Of a stretch of DNA of 64,000 nt, positions 28,072 through 40,131 are shown in pieces; the first letter of the stretch is position 1; every line of letters begins with the position of its first letter. The stretch spans positions 22,594,833 to 22,658,832 of the forward strand of contig CM119263.1 in assembly GCA_051294375.1 (NCBI GenBank), given 5' to 3'. The stretch is from Paraspadella gotoi (lineage: Eukaryota; Animalia; Chaetognatha). The notes under the pieces are model-generated. The model was not told where the DNA came from. It did not search any database and saw nothing but the letters and a program-made list of their open reading frames with translations. Both the position numbers and the translations under genes were made by a program.

Positions 28072-29101
28072 CTGGATGGGTAGGGAAAAATGGAAAGTGA
28101 AAAAGGAAAAGAAAAAAATGGGAAAGCAGGAAGTTAAAAGTTTTGTAAAAGTGATTGGCGTCACAGTCAATCAGTCAGTCAATCAATCTAAAAATACTAA
28201 CTAAAGATTGATTAAGAGAGCCACGCGGCTTTTTTATATTATCTCCAATGACTAAGATTTGATCTCGAAAATTTTTTTCGTGAGTCACGATTTTGTGAGA
28301 GTGAAATTAAAAAGGGACCCAAAAAAAATCGATGGAAATCTAGAGTGCGAGAAATCGTGAACCGGAATTGAGAAGCGGACGAGAGAAATCGCCGTCGGTT
28401 CTCGACATCCGCTTCTCACGCGACTCTCAGGGGCGAGGCATTCCGCTCCTCGCTTTTCATTCGCTGCGCATTCTCAGATCTTCACATGCAAACGTGAATC
28501 CCGTGACTCGTGAATCGATCGGTTAGGTGCGTGAGTTAAGGAATATAGTTTGGAGTGAGTTTTATTGAAGAGGATGACCTAATTCTTGGTAAATGCGTTG
28601 CTTTCTTTGATGCTTATGTACAAAAAGCAAAATAATTTTAAAACTAGCCAGACAATCTTTGGTAAGAAATCAATCGATATCCCAATTTTGAAATGTTAAA
28701 CCTGTAAAATCAAAAAAATGGAATAAATGTGAAAGAAAATGGAAAAAAATGGAAAGAAAATTAAAAAAATTGAAAAAATGGAGAGAAAATTTATCGGCTC
28801 CGACGACAAATGAATCCGGAAACGATCGGCGGCTGTTTTAATTGCCGGACGAGAAAAAATGGGTCGGTGACTGAAAAGTGGAACGCGAGTTGTCGATACT
28901 CGAGGGATGCGTGTGCATTTTATATTCAACATTGTGTGGGATGGGGGAGGTGGCCGTGTGCCTCCGTGTGGGTTTGAACAGAGAAAATCGCCGAGTAAAG
29001 GGAACAAAGTCAAAGAATGAAAATGTTAAAGGAGCAAATTGTTACAGATTACAGTTTGACTTTGAGGAGCGAGGGGATAAGAGAGAGAGAGAGAGAAGAA
29101 G

Positions 29102-29190
<89 letters not shown>

Positions 29191-29710
29191 TAAAGAGAGC
29201 AAAAGACGACAAAAGGGGAAAACGTAAACAATGACTAACGTTCAAGTTGACGCGAGGGAACGAAAAGAGAAACGGGTTAAAAACCGATTTTGGAGGCGGA
29301 GGGGGGGGGAGGAAGAGATGTGGAGGGAGTAAGGCTTATTAGTATTTGTGAGGAGGAAGGGGAAAGATATTCTGAATAGGGGATTAGATAGGAATGCAGA
29401 GAGAAGCAAAATAGATTCGTTAACTCGAAACTTAATTCTGAACGACGAGTTCTAATTATCAAATTTTCAAAAAAATAATTAAATTTTATTTTTCGCCTCA
29501 AACTCTCGACTCTCATCCTCTCGACACTCCGGCCCAGCATCCCCATCCACCCCCCATCACCCCTCCTCATCCTCAACCGACCCTTCTCCCCGAGAGTGTC
29601 GTAGTTTTCTGCTCATCGTCGTCATCAGCGTCGTTACCATCGTCGCTGTTCTGGTTCCCAGGATCGCAGCTCGAAGATGATCCCCCGTCCCCGTCTCAGC
29701 GACATATGGG

Positions 29711-29713
<3 letters not shown>

Positions 29714-29806
<93 letters not shown>
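29714..29806. repeat. (GA)n microsatellite, one of many (also ~12190, 16820, 20110-20220, 21745, 29080-29187, 34935-35042, 40084, 52967)
   Basis: Direct observation. Confidence 0.95.
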
Positions 29807-29807
<1 letters not shown>

Positions 29808-30823
29808 GATGTGGAAAGAAGACGACGACGACGATGAAACCCCCGGAGGAATCACGTCTCCTTCGATCGAGATCGACACGCTAAGAAAAGCCTTTAGCGA
29901 CGAGCTGATCAACTCCAACTTCTTTACCTCCTGGCGGCCTTACATCAATCTTCATACCACTCTATCGCTTTCGATCGCTCTCTCGATCGCTCGAAATACA
30001 TTTGATGTCTTTCAACGGTGTTCGACTGTTCGTGTTAGATCACGGATCCAAATCGTCGTCGATGTCCCTCGTTCGCCTTTGATTTTCTTCAAAAGATCGC
30101 CTTGAATCGTTAAATTAAATTATCTAAGGTTTAGTACAAATTTATTCCTTTCCTAAAGTTCTATTTACTTTTTCGTCGGGTCATCCTCTGATATTTTTTT
30201 TCCATCTTTTTCATTAAAATTAACTCCTTCGAAATTTTCCCGAAAAATAAGCGGGACAGGCGATGACCCGGGCGAACCTCATACATTCAACTTCTGAAAT
30301 GAAAAGCCATTTAATTTGGGGGCGACAATAAATGAGAATACATATCTTTTTTGTGCCGGCCTGCCGTTGGCTTAAAACACTTCCATCGTGACATCTTATT
30401 GGTCATCGCAACAGGCGTCTTCGCGTTGATTGGTCATAGACACTTCCTCGGATGGGCGATTGGACGAGAAAGTGTCGATTTTTGAGGATTCTATCTATGA
30501 CGTCGGAATTGAGAAATATGATTGACACGAGACTCTGATCTTTCAAATCGCGTCAGGTCGTCGAGTAAAGATTAAAACTGATATACGGAACACGGGAAGA
30601 TGAGTCGGTTAAATTTCCTATGAGGGATCTTTAAATAGGGATTGATTGGAAGAGTTAAAAAATGCTGCGGGGAATTTTAAACTAAGGGAAGCTAAACCTA
30701 AAGTGAGAATCCGTGCTTCGTTTACGAAAGCAACAGCTGTCCCTTACCCTCTTTCCGTCCATTAAAACTTGATCATCGTTCGTGTAGAAAAATAAAGAGT
30801 GAAGTCTTTATTTGAAGTCAAAC

Positions 30824-31049
30824 CGTCAGTATTGACGAAGGCCTCCAACGAGGACGACTATGACGACGACGACTTTCCCAACAACAAAGACAACTAAAAA
30901 CGATCGATGACGCTTGGCGTCTGAAATTAACTAAAAATCGCAAAAAGGGTTTTTTGCTCACTTTCACGAAATCAGAAGTGAAAAAAAAAACCGGATGGGT
31001 TGAATTTTGGAAAATCTACTTCGAGGGCGAGATGACGCCTTGGCGCCAT
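30824..31049 (-). CDS. Candidate Dscam start and signal-peptide exons
   Basis: ATG at 31049; exon 31049-30992 (MAPRRHLALEVDFPKFNPS), weak GT donor, CAG acceptor, then exon 30920-30824 encoding the hydrophobic run AKRHRSFLVVFVVGKVVVVIVVLVGG. One indel is needed to end in phase 1, which matches the phase-1 start of the Ig1 exon at 28071. Confidence 0.5.
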
Positions 31050-31138
31050 GGCGTTGGTCACGTGTTGGACGTCGGACCGAAATCAAAGCGCTGAATCACT
31101 GGTTAATAACAGATAAGAATGCTAACACTGTAGAATAA

Positions 31139-31742
31139 GGCGTAGTAAATTTTCTAAATTTAACTTTAATTAAAATTCTAAAAGTGAGGAACGAACAACA
31201 TTATATTAATAAATATTTATGTAATAAAAAAATTTATAATAAATTTTACAATTTACGCAGTAGGCCATATTTATACTAGTACTAAACCAATAAATGTTAA
31301 AATTTCAAAACAGTTTTTTGTAAGATTTTTTTGCAGATTTGGATTCGTCATAAAAAGTTGATAAAAAGAAATATAACTCTTTTTGAAAAATTCCTTCATT
31401 AAGTGGGTCAAAAATTAGAAAAAGCTATATTTTAAGCTGAAAATTAATTTTTTCCATATTAAATATAGTTTTTTTAATTTTTAACCCACTTAATGAAATA
31501 ATTTTTAAAAATGACTTATATTTTCTTTTATCAACTTTTTACGAGGAATTCAAATCTGCAATCAAAATTAAGAAAAGCCTATTTTGAAATTTTTTGATTT
31601 TATAAGGTTAGTACTATATATAAATATAGCCTACTGCGAAATTAAAAAACAAAATTATTTTTTTTTACAAATTAATGTTCACTGATTGTATGTTGTTCAT
31701 AATTGACTTTTAGAATTTTCGTATGTAACTTTCACTACGCTT
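31139..31742. mobile_element. MITE family A (~600 bp, TIR GCGTAGT(A/G)AA..TTCACTACGC, TA-flanked)
   Basis: Terminal inverted repeats, internal inverted subrepeats, and a second copy at 37538-38124. Confidence 0.8.
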
Positions 31743-31746
31743 TACT

Positions 31747-32640
31747 GTAGAAGCTCATCCGATAACAACAACCATGGCGTCACCTAGCTCTCTAGCCTCA
31801 CGACATCAATCGCTTTCCGACCCCCGCATCTATCAAGGACCTTCAGAGATTTCTTGGCGTACTAAACTATTATCGCCGCTTCGTCCCACACGCTGCACAC
31901 GTCCTTGAGCCACTCTACGAAGCGCCTCAACTAGACTCCGGAATGTGAGGAAGCCTTTGCAGCTGCCAAAAAAGCCCTTGCATCAGCAACAATGCTGGTT
32001 CACCCTCACAGTAGATGCCTCCTTAACCGCCATAGGTGGCGTTCTAGAACAAACCGTTGACGGGAAATGGAACCCGCTGGGTTTCTTCTCGGCGCCGCTA
32101 CAGCATCACCAAAGGAAATGGCCACCGTTCGACCGCGAGCTGTTGGCAGCATTCCGCACTTTCGCTCATTTATCGAAGGCCGACCTTTTTCCCTCTTCTC
32201 AGACCACAACAGCTTGGTTCCAGCTATCAGAAAGAAAGCTGAACCCCACACGATGCGCCAGGCGTATCAGCTCGCGGCGATATCAGAATACAACACATCC
32301 AGTACATCGAAGGGTAGGCCAACTCCGTTACTGATGCCCTTTCCCGCGTGGAACTTCCTCCGGCCGCAACTCCGACTCTACGAGCAACCATCAACGCCAT
32401 CAGCCCAAACGGAATCGACTTCGAAACAATGGCGCGCGACCAGTTCGACGACAAGGATGTGCAACGCCTCCTCGCAGACGCCCATGCGAGCCTTTGCCTC
32501 CAAAGAGTCCAAGTTCCTCCCCATCACGCTTTCTGTCAAGACGAGGATGAGCCACAACATATCACCACTGGCATAAATCAAATCAAAACCACTGCTTGGG
32601 GGTGATGTGTAGAAGCTCATCTGAAAACAACAACAACAAC
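31747..32640 (+). mobile_element. Internally deleted Ty3/Gypsy LTR retrotransposon (RT thumb, RNase H), frameshifted
   Basis: Translates to IKDLQRFLGVLNYYRRFVPHAA..ECEEAFAAAKKALASATMLVHP..LTVDASLTAIGGVLEQ..PLGFFS..FDRELLAA..FIEGRPFSLFSDH..ANSVTDALSRV. Bounded by the direct repeat TGTAGAAGCTCATC.GA.AACAACAAC at 31747 and ~32609, with TGG (PBS-like) after the first and GGGGGTGATG (PPT-like) before the second. Confidence 0.9.
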
Positions 32641-34946
32641 AACAACGATCAAATCGTGTGAATAACAAATCAACGACTTGACCGTTAACGTGGGTCAACC
32701 TATTTGAGCCACTAAACCTTTAGTTAGTTTTGACCGTGAATTGTTTTACTATTGTTTTGATTTTTACTCTCTGTTTTTGCTATGATTTTTGAATCGGAAA
32801 ACTTGTCTCAATTTTCAAACGAATAATTTCGTCAAGTTAGTCACCTCAACACTGATGAAAGGCGAGAGTTTACAAGTGAATTAACTTAAGACTTCTTTCT
32901 TTGGCTACATAAATTTGTTTCGCTCTAACTTCGAAGAGAATTTATTTCGCGAAAGAGAATTCGTTTCGTTCAATGCGAAACTCGGCAGAGTCGAACTCTT
33001 TCGTCGGAAGTCGAAAAGATTGAGTCGTTTACGAAATTCGATCTCGCGACCGAGAAAAAGGGCTGAGGATGGATAAGTCGTCGTCGTCGTCGTCGTCGTT
33101 AGATAAGAAATCACCGACCTCCAGCGTTAAACCATGTGCTCATCATTGATTCTCATCCGAACTAATAAAATAGGTTTTACATAGACAGATATTTCTGACT
33201 CCTGACGAATTCGACCTGCCAAGTACTAGCTTTTCAAAGTGCCTCTCTATTCAAACTTTCACCAAAGATAGTCGATATTCAGAAAAATGGGGAAAAAAAG
33301 GAAAAAATCGGTGGAGATAAAAGGAAAAAGAAGGGAAACCGGATCGCCACTGTGAATGACTCTGGGATCGACCGGGAGAGAGGGAAGAGAAGAGAGAAGC
33401 AAGAAAAAGTCACAAATTCATAAACTTTGAAAACAAAAAAGTTAGTTTTTCCTCCAAATTTCTTTTTGTATTTTTTTTAGCTTATTGAGTTAGTGTGGGA
33501 AAAAGTGGTAGAAATCGAGTGATATTCGGGATTTTCTGTGAACAAGACTTAACGGTCATCCCACAATCTAGATTCTAGTTCTAATCAAAAATAACAGCTA
33601 GATTGACAGCAGCAACAGCAGTCTCTCCCCCAGAGCATCCTTCGTCGACCAGCGGCGCCTGTCAGATTTTTTTCTCGCCCAACATTTCGCACTCCTGTAT
33701 TACGACGAAACAAACTCCTGCCTTCAAATCTCGTCTCTGATTTTCCGCCGAATTCTCGACGTCATATTCGAAGGAAGAATCCACGGGTCTGGCTTTTTTT
33801 TAAGGGGGGCGGGCGAGGGGGGGGGCGGAAAGTATTTCCAGGTCTTGGATGGGGTGGTTTTGGTGGAAGAATAAACTCGAGCCCGGGTGGTGAATTTTGG
33901 AAAGGTTTACATCTATCTCCCGTTGTATCATTGCCCGATACGCGATCTCAAAAATGTAAACTAATTTGTAGTTAGAAACGGACAAAAGAAACGAGAAAGA
34001 AGGATTAGCAAAGAACAAAATATCCCCTTCACCCAAATCATTCGTAATTCGTAAACAATGGAAAAGGGAACAGCAATTAGTAGAATGTTTACGGTTCTTC
34101 GAATATTGAATTACTGCAAGAAAATGGGTCAAAAATATTCGAAAAGAGAATTTTTGAGAAAAAAACAAGACATTTGGAAGAGAAAATAAAGCTGGAAAAT
34201 GCCGCGAGTTATTTATTCCCCCGTTTTTTGTATTCTGCTTTTTCCCTTCGCATTTTCCCCTCTCGTCCTTTGCGTCCATCTCATTCGCTTGATTGTTTCT
34301 CCTCCCTTCCTTTTTCCTTTTTTTTTACCTTTCCTTTTTGCCTCATATCTTTCCTTTTTCCATTCCTTTCATCGACCCGCCCAACTCATAGACCTCGGAG
34401 CGTCTCTTCCATCTGCCCGCAATAGTCCAAGACGGCCTCCCGTTTTTGCCCAACCGGATCGAAGCCCCGGGCGCAGTCTCTCTCTCTCTCTCTCTCTCCT
34501 CTCCTCTCTCTTCTCTCTCTCTCTCTCATACCTCTCTCAACGCCCCAAGTCGTTAATGCAATTTACCCAATCGACCTTCTTCTCTGGTTATATCTGCTTT
34601 AAAAAAAAAGAAATCAACAAGACAGCCGTCGAGGCGACATTGGCGACAATCAATCAGTAAATCATATTTCTATCTCCCTTCGATGTCCATTCGCATTGCT
34701 TGAAAGAATGTAAAGCTTGTAAAGGGTACAGGTTTTTTCATCCGACGCCAAATGTGGAATGTAGATGACAATCGGAGGGAATCATCATCGGTTTTATCAT
34801 CGTCATCTTTGGTTTTCGTCGTCGTCGTTCAGTCGCGGTTCCGACATGCGACGCGGCCGCTCCGAGGTAAGGGGACTTTGGGCACCATATGCGATGAGGA
34901 GGAGCGGTCGTCAAGGGGGGAGGAGGTTGAGGATGAGAGAGAAGAG

Positions 34947-34990
<44 letters not shown>

Positions 34991-37537
34991 AGAGAAGATC
35001 GAGAGACGAGAGAGAGAGAGAAGGAGAGAGAGAGAGAGAGAGGGTAAGTTCGAAAACTGAAGATAAGGTTTGCGGGAAAGTTGAATAAAAACACAGAGGT
35101 CTCTACAGGAAACCGAAACAGCAAAAATCGAATGCGTCGTTGATTGTTGCTTCCGTTCCTCAAGTGCTGAAAGAGAGGTAAAACTTTTACCTCTCTTTTA
35201 CTAAAAGAAAAGTAAAAGAAGGGAAAGAGAAAAAAAAAGAAATAAAATAAATATAAAAGAGAACTAGTAAAATTATCCGTTGATCGATTCACAATCAGTC
35301 TTAACCATAATTTATACAAGATGCAAAGACGGGCACGGCCTTTACTTCATGACATTACGCATTCCTTTCCCTCCCCTCTCACTCAAAGTCGGTTCCGGGT
35401 AAGTCATGATGGAACCCTCCTCCCTTATTCGTTTCCACCCTCAGGGACTTCCCTTGTTCTTCATCATGACTCCGCCAAGATGAAGACTGCAGATAAATTC
35501 CTGCGAAAAAACCTCATGCAACGCCGATGGCCTGATTCTGCGATGCCAAAGCGTTTGGAGACGAGGGAAGAGGGGGGGGGGAAGATGATAGGGAGAATTT
35601 GAGAAGCAAAGGAGATCATGGTAAACGTCGAATGTTGCAAGACAAAACTTCACAAAAATGTCATACACAATTTATAAAATGTTAATTTTAAGGATGAAAC
35701 GATGATACGAAAGAAACCACTGCCGTACTTTACTGAGTTGAGATAGACTTTCTCAGATTTTTTAAAATGATAAATAACTACTTGACGTTTTTTGTGTATA
35801 AATTTTATTTTAATCAATTATCATTAACAAATTCAAATTACTATTTTCTATTTCTATTTACTGCCTATAATCAGCTTGTCCTATATTAATGATCATCATA
35901 ACTGGAAATCTTAAACCGTGCATATAACATCTGATCGAATTTACTTGTCAAAAGCAAACAGATAACTAAGTAGTGCACACTAAGAATTTTATCGGAAAAA
36001 AACGTCTTCTTACAGCCAAATCTGTCATCAAGAGTGACTCAGAACAGTACCAGCATGTCGATGCTTTGAAGAGAGGCGATTCTCATTTCCTTATTACAGT
36101 CAATCAGTCAATCGATTAATGAGACCACCCCGACAAACTCACTCTCTTCGACAGGGCTCCATTCCGCTCGCGTTGAGATCAGAAGAAATAAATAAATGAT
36201 TATTTTCCATGAATTGAGTGACGTCGATCCGTGAATTATTTTCTCGATCGACGATTGCAGAGGATTCATCTTTGTTGTTGTTGCTGTTTTGTTAGTTGTT
36301 AATAAATAATACGAAGACTAGGTCGGAAGTTTTATTGCCGTTTTTGTTAATAAATTAGGGTGCGAGAAATAAATTAGTGCGACGAAAAAAAGAGAATTTT
36401 GAAGGGGGTTTTTTTTTCAGTGTTTTAAGTCATTTTTTTTTTACGGTTTGGAGATATAATTTTTCAAGAACGCGGCGTGGAGATACCGAATGACAACTTT
36501 ACTCGCGAGTTCGAAACAAGGCGAAGACGATGCCATTTGAAAAAGAGTTTTTAGTTTAATTACATTATAACTTATCGCTTACAAAAACTAGTCCTCGTCC
36601 CCCGAAAAAAAAAAGAAATCGAGATTTTTTGGGGTCGCGATTTTTGACGTTGGACTCGCCGAGACTCGAAATCTGTGGACAAGCGGGTCTGAAAAAAAAA
36701 AACAACGAAAGGCATGATGACGGAGGGGGAGGAGGAGGAGGAGGAAGAGCAATGAGGAGGAGGAGGAGCCGCAAAAGATCGACGATTTTCTCGTTCTAAT
36801 TCTAAAAATTTTCCCTTTCTATTTTTAATAATGAGATTAAATAAACATGAGTAAGTAATGGAATAAAAGAGGACAGCTTCGTAAAGAAAGAAAAATTGAA
36901 TTTTTGAATAAAGGAAAAAATAAAGAAAGAACCAAAGAAAAAAAAAAGAATTCATGAGAATGAATGAATAAAAGAATGAATGAATAAAATAAATGAATGA
37001 ATGAATCACTGAACGAATGAATAAATAAATCGATCAATCAATCAATCAATCAAATAATTAATAAATCAATCAATTAATCAAGTATTTAATCACTCAATCA
37101 AAAAATTATTTGATTAATTAATTAATTAATTAATTAATTAATTAAAGAACGAGTAAAATAAAGAGTCGACTCTCCCCCACATCCCCCTCTCCCCAATTTC
37201 TCTTCTCCATCCCCCAAGGCACGCGGCCAAATTGTCGCGCCGACCGCCGGGGTCATTCAGAGCTTCTTTTTTCCACCCGTCACGAGCTTCGAGTTCTCAA
37301 CTTGTTACCGTATTAATTCCTTTCAAATTCAGCGGAAGAAATTGCCTGACGGGTGCCATGGATCGCAGTCTGTTTTCAGATCGAGATCGCGTCGCGATAA
37401 TCTCGCTCTTCCTCAAAACCATTCAGCATAATAATATTCAAGTAGTTTCGCTTCCATCGCTATTTAACTGGTAATATCATCAACGGAGTAGACCTATAGA
37501 GTAGACCTTGTCGGCTTTGTGATGTGATTGCTCATTA

Positions 37538-38124
37538 AAGCGTAGTAAAAATTCTAAATTTAACTTTAATCAAAATTCTAAAAGTGAGGAACGAACAACA
37601 TTATACTAATGAACATTTATGTATAAAAAAATTTTATAATAAATTTTACAATTTACGCAGTAGGCCCTATTCATACTTGTACTAATCCAATAAATGTTAA
37701 AATTTTTTAAAAATTTTTTCAGATTTTTTTTGCAGATTTGGATTCGTCATGAAAAGTTGATATAAAGAAATATAACCGAAAATTAAAATTTTATATATTA
37801 AATATAGTTTTTTTAACTTTTAAATTTTAAATGATTTATATTTTCTTTTTTCAACTTTTGACGAGAAATTCAAATCTGCAATCAAAATTAATAAAAGTCT
37901 ATTTTGAAACTTTTCGATTTTATAAGGATAGTACTACACGTATGAACCTTAGATCGATTTAATTAACAGAAAAAACCCATTCGGGAAACTATATATAAAT
38001 ATAACCTACTGCGAAAATTGAAGAACATAATTTTTTTTTTTTTTACAAATTAATGTTCACTGATGGTATGTTGTTCATACTTGACAGTTAGAATTTTCGT
38101 ATGAACATACCTTTCACTACGCTC
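37538..38124. mobile_element. MITE family A, second copy
   Basis: Colinear and highly similar to 31139-31742, with the same termini. Confidence 0.8.
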
Positions 38125-38444
38125 TATTACTCATCGTCTTCGCGAATCATCAGAAAGCTGACCAATCACAGACCTTATTTCAACCTTTGACCGAACAATG
38201 ACCGACAGAGAGACTAAGGGGTCAACGGCCGAGATTGCTGAGGGATTCTCGAGACACATCCAAACTCAAGAAACAACTCTTCTTCAAATAATATTTAAAT
38301 TATCAATTAATTGTCATCACCTTTGTCATCGTGTCGTCATTACCTTTGTCATCAACTTAATCATTGTCCGTCGTTAATAAAACAATTGTCAACCAAATAT
38401 TTGCCTTCACTTATTACCCTCGTTATATGACTAAATGTCAACGT

Positions 38445-38524
38445 GTTGGTATTGTCGTGATTCGACTCCCCACGCCTCAGAAGAGACTCTTCGGAGGCGT
38501 GGGTTCGAATCCCACCGCTGCAAC
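38445..38524. pseudogene. Head-to-head palindrome of tRNA-Leu 3' halves
   Basis: 38487-38522 CTCTTCGGAGGCGTGGGTTCGAATCCCACCGCTGC matches the variable arm, T arm and acceptor 3' strand of eukaryotic tRNA-Leu(AAG/TAG). 38459-38485 is its degenerate reverse complement. No 5' half is present. Confidence 0.75.
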
Positions 38525-38888
38525 CGCGAAGACGATGAGCAATCACATCACAAGGCCGACAAGGTCCGTCTATAGGTCTATTCCGTTGATGATATCTATC
38601 AATATTTTAAAGTAAAAATGAACCTTTTTTGATAAACTGATCTCTGATAGCCAACTAAATCAACAAATATACTGTCTCATTCCTTTCTCATTCCTGGCTC
38701 GCGTCCGAAAATATAAAAACTAACAACTCAACTCGATCGCAGTCGAGAGCAGTTAGTCGACTGAATCGCTTATAGTATCCTACCCCGATAACTTAGCAGC
38801 CCAGCTTAGTTGCACTAGATTAAGATATCGAATTTCCGTCATTTATTTCTTCTTCTTTTTTTTTTTAAGTTTGTCAATTGACTATTAG

Positions 38889-40081
38889 AATCGAGGCTCC
38901 ACACTTACTTCACACTCCTCGTTTCGGCGGCGATGCCCTGCTACAGAGGTCATCTGTTCGAACAGCCGAGAGAGCCGCGACCTCTGTGCGCTCGGCCGGC
39001 CGTACTAGGGACTCAGGACTTCATCCCGGCGAGCCACTGGTCAAGATCACCGATCGAAGGAATCGTTTACCCGTTCACCGGAGGTTAATACGCATGGAAA
39101 GAATTGATCGATCTTTATTCAGGAGCTGTTTTGCGAAGTTACGAAGCTCAATATGTAGTTCATGGATATTCGAAAACCTCTTGATTTCCCCGATATCTGT
39201 TACATATTTATTTATGCGAGAGAGAATTCACATCAAGGGGTCATTATTAAAAAAATAATATCAATCAGTCAATCGATCAATCAATCAGATCAATACCTTC
39301 CCGATCCGGATGCCGGGCCCCCTCAACCACCGCCTGAACCGATAATGATGCGCCGTCCCAAGCGAGCTCGCCTGATCAAGCCTGGCAAACTCCGCCCTAT
39401 GGGCGGCAAGTACTCGCTGGGTGGACTCCGCGGACAGCCGCTCTACGTACAGGGGCGGCGGCCGGGCTGGAAACCGCCCGATCCCACGCTGGAGGAGCAG
39501 AGCGGAAGGACCGGCAAGCTCACTTTAAAGACAAAGCTGATAGAGCAGGCCGATTCGAGCGGAGATAGGCGAGTTTTCGCTGCATAGAGGGCGTTTGTTT
39601 TTTTGTGGTCAAATGGTTAAATTAGTAGTCTGATTCATAATTGTTATTGTTGTTGCAAATCTCGGTACACTTGATAAGAACTACGATCAAAAAGACGTAA
39701 AAGAGGACTATGAAGCCGAAGCTGGAGTCACGTGAGCTGGTGTTTTAATTTCAGAGACTCGGACTTCGACTCTGACAGCGAAAGGGGATCCACCGAACAG
39801 AGAAAGGGCCTCCACGCATCCAAAGTTGGCCTCAACATCAGGTCTTTATGAGATCGGAGATAAAAGAGATACGCATTTCTAGATTAGAGAAAATTAAATT
39901 CGACTAATTTAGATTTAAATTTGCTTTGAATAGCTTATATGAAATTCAAATACATTTGTAAAAATCAATTTAAATTTATTTGAAGTGTGCATGATTTGGG
40001 AGCTGACTTCAAACGCCAGCGGATTCTAGAAAGGCTTAAACTCCTGGAAGTCGAGAGGGGAAAACAGGTTCACCGCGAACT

Positions 40082-40131
<50 letters not shown>

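Larger units (their letters stand above)
11546..28765. repeat. ~7.6 kb direct tandem duplication (11546-~19140 and 21080-~28765)
   Basis: Near-identical exons and introns throughout. Differences are mostly 1-bp indels, plus a ~36 bp insertion in B (25141-25177) and a ~20 bp insertion in A (~15633-15655). Copy B starts exactly at a 25-N gap (21055-21079). Confidence 0.95.

Noticed and set aside
34765-34866. Plus-strand exon-like segment with a possible TM helix (GIIIGFIIVIFGFRRRR) and GTAAGG donor
   Set aside because: It needs a frameshift, derives from ATC/GTC trinucleotide repeats, and its phase does not join the downstream gene.
11960-35319. ORFs with ERERER or SLSLSL runs
   Set aside because: Translations of (GA)n/(CT)n microsatellites.
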